From an uncultured Desulfospira sp. (GTDB lineage: Bacteria > Desulfobacterota > Desulfobacteria > Desulfobacterales > Desulfobacteraceae), in assembly GCA_963663165.1 (NCBI GenBank), contig OY760175.1, positions 128,001 to 192,000 on the forward strand: a stretch of DNA of 64,000 nucleotides. Direction: 5' to 3'. Below, piece after piece: positions 18,072-25,977 of the stretch (position 1 is the stretch's first letter; each line of letters begins with the position of its first letter). The position numbers and the translations under genes are program-made. Below the pieces are notes generated by a model, which was given only the letters and a program-made list of their open reading frames with translations, was not told the origin of the DNA and searched no databases.

Positions 18072-18860
18072 GTGGAAAAACTGGTTTTCGGACTGCATGT
18101 CAACAGCCATATCAATATTGAAGTCATTAAAAAATCGCTGCTGTTTGAAATGGTCAAAGAAGATCCCACGGAACTGCTTTATAAAACAGAAACCGGCGGC
18201 TATATCTTTGTTGCCAACTATGGCAGCGTTGTCTTCGTGGATGTGGATCAGGGGGAGCAGACCTTGATTTTGCGGTCCATCCGGGATCTGCTGGAAATTG
18301 AGTACACCTCGGACTTTGAGAGCGAAAAATACACCATTGAGATCGACAGCAAAAAACAGCGCCGGGTCCTTTTCAATAAAGTCATTCTGACCTCATATGA
18401 GGCAGATAAAATTTACACGGTGATGTTCTCCATTGCCCAGTCCATTGCCCTGGATTACTACAGCTCACAGTCTGAGCAGCTCCTCGAAGAAACACGGGTT
18501 TACACCACCCAGCTCGAAACAAACGGGAAGGTCGATCTCAAAGGCCGGCAGCTGATCCGGTATATCGGGAAAGCCCTGAACATAAAAAATCAGATTGCCC
18601 GGAACCTCTATATTTTTGATACACCGGAGCTCATGTGGGAAGAGCAAAGTTTAAACCAGCTGCATTCAGCCCTGACCCGTGAACTTGATATCACCCTGCG
18701 CTACCGCTACACATTGGAGAATTTAAACATTGTCCAGGAGAATCTCGAACTTTTTAAAGACCTTTCCCAGCACAGCCACAATGCACAGCTGGAGTGGATC
18801 ATCATTATTTTGATTCTCATTGAGGTCCTTGATCTTTTTGTCACCAAACTGATCCACTGA
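18072..18860 (+). CDS. RMD1/YagE (DUF155) family protein
   Basis: NYGSVVF, IAQSIALDYY, DTPELMWE, LEWIIIILILIE C-terminal TM; GGAGG RBS before GTG 18072. Confidence 0.85.
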   Translation: MEKLVFGLHVNSHINIEVIKKSLLFEMVKEDPTELLYKTETGGYIFVANYGSVVFVDVDQGEQTLILRSIRDLLEIEYTSDFESEKYTIEIDSKKQRRVLFNKVILTSYEADKIYTVMFSIAQSIALDYYSSQSEQLLEETRVYTTQLETNGKVDLKGRQLIRYIGKALNIKNQIARNLYIFDTPELMWEEQSLNQLHSALTRELDITLRYRYTLENLNIVQENLELFKDLSQHSHNAQLEWIIIILILIEVLDLFVTKLIH

Positions 18861-18957
18861 CAGCGCCCGTTTCACCGCAGTCTTTTGCCCCGATTTTGAC
18901 CATTATCCCAAACTGTTGAACCGTTACGGCGGCTCAAACCGCTCTGTGATGAGGCCT

Positions 18958-19494
18958 TTACGCCTCTATGCCGCAAATCAGGGGCTCTTGTCCCGCGTCA
19001 TGGAAATCAGGTACCGGCCAAAGATCGGGTCCTGTCCGGATTTCGGCATAAAGAAGGTCAAGCCATTGCATGGCCTTAAATTCGGGCATGCCCATCCGGC
19101 TAAGGACGGACTGCCAGTCCCGATGTTTTGAAATCGGGCAGTGGGGATCAATTCCCAGGATACAATTTTCCATAAACGTATAAGGATACAGCCGGCAAAT
19201 CAGCGGCCGCCGGTCGGGCGGAAGGATGCACCCGGTGTCCGAAGCCATGCAGCACTTTTTGTCATCGGTCCGTTTCAACACCCGAACCTGGTTGCCGGGT
19301 GACAGGATCAGGGGCAGCCATGACGGGTCGTAATCCGGTTCGATATCGGTCCGTACCGGGGATTCAAAGGTAAAAAAGTCACCATTTTTTGTGACATCGG
19401 CAATGCGGCAAACATCACCGGGGGTCAGAAAAATCTGATATCCGCTGCAGCACGACGTGCCCTGGCCGGCGCAGCTTGCACAAGGGTTATCCAT
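18958..19494 (-). CDS. YkgJ-family cysteine-cluster (Zn/Fe-chelating) protein
   Basis: CASC...SCC, CC...GC, RPLICRLYPY; GGAG RBS. Confidence 0.85.
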   Translation of the reverse strand: MDNPCASCAGQGTSCCSGYQIFLTPGDVCRIADVTKNGDFFTFESPVRTDIEPDYDPSWLPLILSPGNQVRVLKRTDDKKCCMASDTGCILPPDRRPLICRLYPYTFMENCILGIDPHCPISKHRDWQSVLSRMGMPEFKAMQWLDLLYAEIRTGPDLWPVPDFHDAGQEPLICGIEA

Positions 19495-19735
19495 AGAGTT
19501 TCTCCAGGGTCAGTTTGACTGGGGGATTGACATAAGGCCCGAAGTCAGAAGGCATCGGCTTCCGATCCGGGCCGGTTTTACAGCATGGCTACGGTTTGGC
19601 ATGGTTGAATGTTCTTTGGCCGCTATGTCTGTCGGGGTTTGGATTTTTTGGTTTTTGTCTCATTATGTCTTAACCACAAACGGTTCCAGGCTTGGCGTAG
19701 TCTTTGATTCCCAAAATCTGTTTTGCACCCTCCTT

Positions 19736-19751
19736 AGCAATTTAGATGCCA
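19736..19751 (-). promoter_or_regulatory. sigma54 -24/-12 promoter (leftward)
   Basis: Minus strand reads TGGCATCTAAATTGCT, i.e. GG-N10-GC with TGGCA and TTGC consensus. Confidence 0.7.
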
Positions 19752-19825
19752 TGTGGATAATGAACAGCCATTAATCCGGAAAACGGCCCTGGCAGGCCGG
19801 ATTCCCCCAAAATATCCGGTCTGGG

Positions 19826-19873
19826 ATCGGACATTCCATGTCCGATTCGGCAGATCGGGGACATTTCAGGTCC
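19826..19873. promoter_or_regulatory. Tandem palindromic sites, candidate upstream activating sequences for a sigma54 activator
   Basis: ATCGGACAT-TCC-ATGTCCGAT (19826-19846) and GGACATTTCAGGTCC (19859-19873), 30 bp apart, between two sigma54-like promoters. Confidence 0.6.
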
Positions 19874-20024
19874 GGTTTTTCATGGGCACGGGCCAGGCCC
19901 CCCGCGCTTTGATGGCCAAGGCGGCGAGGCCTTAACTTTTAAGGCTCAGCCGTTTTGCCCAATCCCGCCCTTCCGGGCCAATGTGATTTAAAAAAATCAG
20001 GAGGGTTTTATTTTCAAAAGCCTT

Positions 20025-20040
20025 CGGCATGGTTCTGGCT
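20025..20040 (+). promoter_or_regulatory. sigma54 -24/-12 promoter (rightward)
   Basis: CGGCATGGTTCTGGCT has GG-N10-GC spacing; AT-rich tract upstream. Weaker match than the leftward site. Confidence 0.5.
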
Positions 20041-20145
20041 TTATGGTTTTAAGAAGCGGGATACACACGGCCAGCGGCAATATATGAGATGAAGGGCAAA
20101 CCATGGGCCACACCCCCGTTAAAATGAATCCAGCAAGGAGGCATT

Positions 20146-20295
20146 ATGGTAGAAAAAGGGAAAAAAAATAGAAACCGGCGTGAAAGCCTGAAAGTCGGGC
20201 AATTGACCCTGAAAGAAAAGCGCAAAAAGAAAAAAGATAAAAAACTGGCCGGGAATATCTTCCAGAAGATCAAAAATCCAGGGACTGAAAATTAA
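20146..20295 (+). CDS. Small Lys/Arg-rich protein (49 aa), absent from the ORF track
   Basis: AAGGAGG RBS just upstream of the ATG; MVEKGKKNRNRRESLKVGQLTLKEKRKKKKDKKLAGNIFQKIKNPGTEN. Confidence 0.7.
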   Translation: MVEKGKKNRNRRESLKVGQLTLKEKRKKKKDKKLAGNIFQKIKNPGTEN

Positions 20296-20328
20296 GAAGA
20301 TCCGGTTGCTTCGGTATAGGGGATAACC

Positions 20329-20450
20329 CAATGTCATTAACTTAAGCGTTAATACAAGAAACTGGAAACAAGAGACAAGAGGGTGAAGCGCCGTTGGCGC
20401 CCATTTTATAACCCCTGCGCTAGGCCAAATTTCTTAAGTTAATGGCATTG
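20329..20450. mobile_element. 122-bp MITE (family B) with IS4-like terminal inverted repeats
   Basis: 18-bp TIRs CAATGTCATTAACTTAAG / CTTAAGTTAATGGCATTG (1 mismatch); exact 10-bp direct repeat GGGGATAACC at 20319-20328 and 20451-20460. Confidence 0.85.
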
Positions 20451-20659
20451 GGGGATAACCGTTATTTTGATTTGCCGGCAAGGCCGTGTTTCAGCCTGCC
20501 GGCAAATCCGTCTGCTTCCCCATGCCAGGGCAATCTTACGTGAAAATTAAGTTGAATAAAATGTAATGGAGGCCGGAAACCGGAAGAAGGGAGACCAGAT
20601 GCGCCCTTCAAGGGAACCCGGCATCCGGCATCTATCGCTCCATTTTGGGTCAATGCAAG

Positions 20660-20710
20660 GTGGGAGCGGGCCATGCCCGCGATTCGATCGCGGGCATGGC
20701 CCGCTCCCAC
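20660..20710. repeat. REP doublet (GTRG family)
   Basis: GTGGGAGCGGGCCATGCCCGCGA-ttcga-TCGCGGGCATGGCCCGCTCCCAC; second copy at 55850-55892. Confidence 0.85.
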
Positions 20711-20947
20711 CCTACCGCTCAAACCAGGGAACTTGACGGTTTCGGTCTCCCGTCTCCCTTCCTCCGGTCTCCATTCTTTCCATTATCATCCACACTCATA
20801 TATCAAACAATCTGCAGATACGATTATCCTGTCAATCGTTCCAGGCCGTGTTGACAGAAACCCGGGTTACTGCTAAAAAAACACCCACACTCTGTTGGTT
20901 CCACCCGTTATGCAGCAGCGTGGCCAAAATTCTTTTTGGGGTTTCAG

Positions 20948-22336
20948 ATGAAAGATATTCTGGTCTTGACCAGTGCAGAAGATGAATACCGTCTGATTTC
21001 AAATGCCTTGTCCGATGCCAACAACATCCGCCGGGCCTTGGATCTTGATACGGCGTATGCCCTGCATACACAGTCGGCGTTTGATCTGATCATGGCCGAC
21101 ATCGAACTGTTGGCAGCCCAGCCGGGCATGGCGGCGTTCAGTTCGGTCAATCCCTTTGTCCAGTTTATTGTGCTGTGCCCCCGGTCCGACACCGGCAAGG
21201 CCATTGAAGCGGTAAAATCCGGTGCCGTGGGATACCTGTTGTCTCCGTTCAGGGAACGGGATGTCCACCTGCTGCTGCCTGCCCTGAACCGGACCCGTTC
21301 CAAGGACTTTGAACTTGATTACCTGCGGGACAGGTTCTGGCGAACCGAATGGCTGGACATCATCCGGTCTAAAAATGCGGCCATGAAAAAGATTTTTGAG
21401 AACATCCGGTCTGTTGCCCCCACCATTGCCACGGTCCTCCTGCTCGGGGAAACCGGAACGGGCAAGGGCACCATGGCCCGGCTGATCCACTGGCACAGCC
21501 GGCGCTATGAAAAACCGTTTATCTCCATCCATTGCGGTGCCATTCCGGACACCCTCATTGAAAGTGAGCTGTTCGGCCATGAGAAGGGCGCCTTTACCAG
21601 TGCGGAACGGAAAAAACCCGGCCGGTTTGAAATGGCAGAGGGCGGCACCCTTTTCCTGGATGAGATCGGCACCATATCACCATCGGCCCAGATCAAGCTT
21701 CTCCAGGTCCTCCAGGACGGCACCTTCAGCCGGATCGGGGGCGATGCCGTACTCAAAGCCGATGTGCGGATCATCGCCGCCACCAATTCAGACCTGGAAG
21801 AGGCTGTCAGCAAGGGATTGTTTCGAAAAGACCTGTTTTACCGCCTGAATGTGTTTCCCATTAAAATCCCGGCCCTCAAGGACCGGCTTGAAGACCTGGA
21901 AGACCTGGTGGATGTCTGTTTGAAAAAATTGAACGTCAAGTACGGGAAAAACATTCAAAGGGTTTATCCGTCTGTTCTGGAGGGATTTTGTCACTATGAA
22001 TGGCCCGGCAACATCCGGGAACTTGAAAATATCCTTGAGCGGGCCTATATCCTGGAAAACTCCCCGGCGATCACCCCCGACAACCTGCCCATTGAAACCC
22101 AGATGCCCATGGCTCAGGATGTATCGGCACCCGGTACCGGCCTGACCCTGGCCCAGGCCCGCCGTCATGCGGTCGATACCTGCGAAATCTCTTACCTGAC
22201 CAGCCTTTTAGAGCAGACCAGCGGCCGGATAGACGAGACGGCACACAAGGCCGGTATTACCCCCCGGCAGCTCAATCGCCTGCTGGCCCGGCACGGGATG
22301 GACAAAAAACAGTTCAAACAGCAAAAAACGCCTTAA
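20948..22336 (+). CDS. sigma54-dependent Fis-family transcriptional activator with receiver-like domain
   Basis: GETGTGK, ESELFGHEKGAFTSA, LFLDEIG, FRKDLFYRLNV, WPGNIRELEN, C-terminal HTH. Confidence 0.92.
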   Translation: MKDILVLTSAEDEYRLISNALSDANNIRRALDLDTAYALHTQSAFDLIMADIELLAAQPGMAAFSSVNPFVQFIVLCPRSDTGKAIEAVKSGAVGYLLSPFRERDVHLLLPALNRTRSKDFELDYLRDRFWRTEWLDIIRSKNAAMKKIFENIRSVAPTIATVLLLGETGTGKGTMARLIHWHSRRYEKPFISIHCGAIPDTLIESELFGHEKGAFTSAERKKPGRFEMAEGGTLFLDEIGTISPSAQIKLLQVLQDGTFSRIGGDAVLKADVRIIAATNSDLEEAVSKGLFRKDLFYRLNVFPIKIPALKDRLEDLEDLVDVCLKKLNVKYGKNIQRVYPSVLEGFCHYEWPGNIRELENILERAYILENSPAITPDNLPIETQMPMAQDVSAPGTGLTLAQARRHAVDTCEISYLTSLLEQTSGRIDETAHKAGITPRQLNRLLARHGMDKKQFKQQKTP

Positions 22337-22657
22337 ACCCTGGCCATCTGCACATATCGCTTGACAAAAAGCAACCCCTTATTTTATCCCTTTTATTTGA
22401 AAATTAATTCGTAACAGACTAAATCTGTGTCAGATAACATGATTGCGATAAATAGTTAATTTAAAATATGTTTTTGCGCCTTATCGCTTTTGGGCGGCCA
22501 TTTGCATGGGGTTAATGAATCAATCGCTGCTTTGGGTTGCCATCGGAATACCAGCGCTTTGTGGCCAACAAAAGGCTTTTTTTATGGTGGTATGCGAATG
22601 TCATCGCCTGTCAAAATGTGACTCGCCCAAGGTCCGGGGTTTAGCCCGCTAACAGTT

Positions 22658-23590
22658 ATGAAAATAATTCAATACAAGGAGTTTCAATTGTCTTCCCCCA
22701 AACCTGTGATTCTGATTGTGGATGATGTCAAGGCCAATGTCAGTCTGCCGGCCAAAAAGCTTTCCAAAGAATACGAATGCCTCACCGCCATAAACGGCGA
22801 GGAGGCGTTAAACGCTATGGAATCCCATCAGCCGGACCTCATCTTACTCGATGTCCTCATGCCGGGGATGGACGGCTTTGAAGTCTGCCGCCGCATCAAG
22901 GATAACGACCGGCTTCAAAATATCCCCGTGGTATTTATCACCAGCCTGGAAGAAGATGCCGACGAAACCAGGGGGCTGGCCTTAGGCGCTGCAGATTATA
23001 TTCGTAAGCCGTTTCGCATGCCCATCGTCAAAGCCCGCATCAAGAACCATATCGCCTTGAAGCACGCTTTGGACCTTCTTGAGGAGCAGGCGTTTATTGA
23101 CGGCCTGACCTCGATTCCCAACCGCCGAAGGTTCAACGAAATCCTGGACAAAGAATGGTACCGGGCCATGCGGAACAGGTCCCCGCTGTCCTTGATTCTC
23201 ATGGATATCGATTATTTTAAAAAATATAATGACAACTACGGGCATCAGAAAGGAGACGACTGCCTTCGCAAGGTCGGCTGCGCGTTGAAGAACGCCATGA
23301 AACGTTCCGCTGATCTGGTTGCCCGGTATGGCGGTGAGGAGTTTGCCGCCATCCTTCCGGACACGGACAGCCAGGGCGCCTTGAGCGCCGCCGGCAATAT
23401 CAAAGAGGCGTTTGAGGCGCTGGCGATTCCCCATGAATATTCCGCTGCCGCACCCCATGTAACGGTCAGCCAGGGCGCCGCCACGTTCCAGCCGGACAGA
23501 TCCCAGAGTTTTGAGATCATCATCCGGGCAGCGGACACGGCATTGTACAAGGCCAAAGAAGCCGGGCGAAACCAGGTGGCCCTGGGATAG
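22658..23590 (+). CDS. Response-regulator diguanylate cyclase (REC-GGDEF)
   Basis: ILIVDD...LLDVLMPGMDG...KP receiver; DIDYFKKYND, RSAD I-site, RYGGEEF. Confidence 0.92.
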   Translation: MKIIQYKEFQLSSPKPVILIVDDVKANVSLPAKKLSKEYECLTAINGEEALNAMESHQPDLILLDVLMPGMDGFEVCRRIKDNDRLQNIPVVFITSLEEDADETRGLALGAADYIRKPFRMPIVKARIKNHIALKHALDLLEEQAFIDGLTSIPNRRRFNEILDKEWYRAMRNRSPLSLILMDIDYFKKYNDNYGHQKGDDCLRKVGCALKNAMKRSADLVARYGGEEFAAILPDTDSQGALSAAGNIKEAFEALAIPHEYSAAAPHVTVSQGAATFQPDRSQSFEIIIRAADTALYKAKEAGRNQVALG

Positions 23591-23618
23591 CCAGGAATCC
23601 AAGACCCTTAATGGAGAC

Positions 23619-25570
23619 ATGTCAATGGTTGCTTTTTTACATAAAGCCGATGAGATTTATCCGGCCGGAACTTGCAATGAATGTACCATCTCTTTTTTGA
23701 CCACCGTGATGGATTCGTTGAAAGACGGTATTCTGGCGGCGGACGAGTCCGGCCGGGTAAAGATGTGGATTGCCGGGTTTGGTGCCATGTGGCAGCTGTC
23801 CCGCCAGGATTTGTCGGGCCGGAACCTCAAGGCGGTGGCCCAGATGACGGCAAAAAGGGTTGAGACTGACGGATCCGATATGTTTCCCGTCCTGGACTAT
23901 TTTTTTTCAAAGGGGAAACCTGCCCTGGAACTGTCATTAAAAAACGGCGAGATTATTGAAATCCATTCCAGGGGCCTGTGCTGCGATCCGGAAGATGGCC
24001 GCATCTGGGTTTTCCGTGATGTCACCCAAGAGCGCTGGAAAGAAAAAAAATTTGATGATGCCAACCGGCGCTTATCCGATATCATTGAATTTTTGCCCGA
24101 ACCCACCATGGTGGTGGACGAGAACGGAATCATTGTGGTGTGGAACAAGGCCATTGAAGAGGTCTCCGGGGTAAAAAAAGAGGATATCATTGGAAAAGGC
24201 AACTATGTCCAGACCCTGCATTCCTCAGGGGACATGCTGCTGGCCATTATCAACGACATCCTTGATTTTTCCAAAATTGAAGCCGACCAGGTGGAGCTGG
24301 AATCCGTGCCCTTTGACCTCATTGACCTGGTTGAGGGAACCGGCCGGATCCTGGGGAGCAAGGCCCATGAAAAAGGCCTGGAGCTGGCCTACCGGGTGAA
24401 CCCCCAGGTCCATCGGTACGTGCTGGGTGATCCCACCCGGCTTAAGCAGATTCTGATCAATCTGTTGAGCAATGCCATCAAGTTTACCGAAAAAGGGGCG
24501 GTCACCCTGAACATTCACCCGGGACCGGACCCTGAAGACAAAGAAATGATCCGGATCGAAGTCCGTATGCAGGTGGCTGAAAAGCTCAGGCGATTTACCC
24601 TTCAGCACCGCCGGATATTATCCTCAACACCTCCTGTGATATATCAAAACATCGTGGCCAGGGGAATGATCCGGCCCTGGACGGGGTATTGTCCAAACCC
24701 ATCAAACGGTCGGACCTGATGGGCATACTGTCTAAAATTATGGGCCATCCCCCTCAGGCCGGAACCTTGACCGATGAAAAAAAACACGGCTGGGACTTTA
24801 ATGGGCTGCACCTGCTTCTCGTGGAGGATATTCCGGCCAATCGGAATGTTATTCATAAATTTCTGAGCAAAACCGGCATCCGCATTACCGAAGCGGTGAA
24901 TGGGCAAAGCGCGGTTGAAATTTATGCCCGGGAGGGCCAAACCTTTGATATCGTGCTCATGGACAAGGAAATGCCCATCATGGACGGCCTGACCGCCACC
25001 CGGGAAATCCGCCGCATGGAAAAGGACCAGGGGCGTTCACCGGTCCCCATTGTGGCGCTGACGGCGCATGCCTTTGACCAGAACAAGAAACAATGCCTGG
25101 CGGCCGGCTGTGATGATTTTTTATCCAAGCCGGTAAAGAAAAAGGAATTACTCACGGTCATGGGAAAATTCATGGCTTCGGGCGGGGATTCCCCATTGAC
25201 GGAACAGGCGGATGAAGTCCGGAATCCCTCCAATGATTCAGGCCGGGTCCTGTCATCTGCCTTAATGGAACCGGTGACCGTTGAAGTGGATGAAGATCTC
25301 GAGGACCTGATGGCTGAATTCCTTGAAGAACTTGACCAGGCCATGGCGACCATGGCCAGGGCCGTTGAAACTGGGGATTATGAGGATCTTCGCCGCCTGG
25401 CCCACGGCTACAAAGGGGCCGCCGGCAACTACGGCCTGCAGCCGCTCTATGATATTTATCTGGAACTTGAACATGCCGCCAGGGCTCAGGACAGTGAAAT
25501 ATCCCTGGAAAGTCTTGACAGGGCAAAAGAGATGCTGTCACGGATGGAGATTCGGTATATTGAGGTATAG
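23619..25570 (+). pseudogene. Hybrid sensor histidine kinase (PAS-PAS-HisKA-HATPase-REC-REC-Hpt) with two internal deletions and a frameshift
   Basis: PAS runs directly into ...LLAIINDILDFSKIEA with no H-box. N-box NLLSNAIKFT is present but the G1/F/G2 boxes are not. Frameshift near 24608 (QH|PPDIILNTS...LSKP). Intact REC and Hpt (LAHGYKGAA) follow. Confidence 0.8.
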
Positions 25571-25776
25571 ACTTGGGACTTGAGATATGGGGTTTGGGAG
25601 CATTATGGACCGTTAAAGTTAGGGGATCAGGCTGAAGGCCGAAGGGGTTTAGGGTTGCGCATCCCTTCAGCCTAACAACCTTCAGCCTAATCCCCTATAT
25701 TATATTGGAGCTCTTGACACCGCCAGAAATGTGGGCCATAAAAGCTCTATTGAGCCACCAAAAAGGAGACAACATC

Positions 25777-25917
25777 ATGTGTCAAGAAAAATGCGGCTGC
25801 CAATTTCCTGAAAAATTAAAAACCAAGCCCGGCGAATGCACCCCGGAACAGATTAAAAAATGCCACGGGGACACGGCTGATCATCCGTGTGCCTGCAAGG
25901 AAAAAGAAAAGAAATAA
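25777..25917 (+). CDS. Small Cys/His-rich protein (46 aa), possible metal-binding peptide
   Basis: TTGACA-17-CATAAA at 25714-25742, AAGGAG RBS, MCQEKCGCQFPEKLKTKPGECTPEQIKKCHGDTADHPCACKEKEKK, hairpin just after the stop. Confidence 0.75.
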   Translation: MCQEKCGCQFPEKLKTKPGECTPEQIKKCHGDTADHPCACKEKEKK

Positions 25918-25977
25918 AGGGGATTGTTATCCCCTTTACAAGATCCGGCTGTTATCAGGATATTTCCAAGGCCGGCA

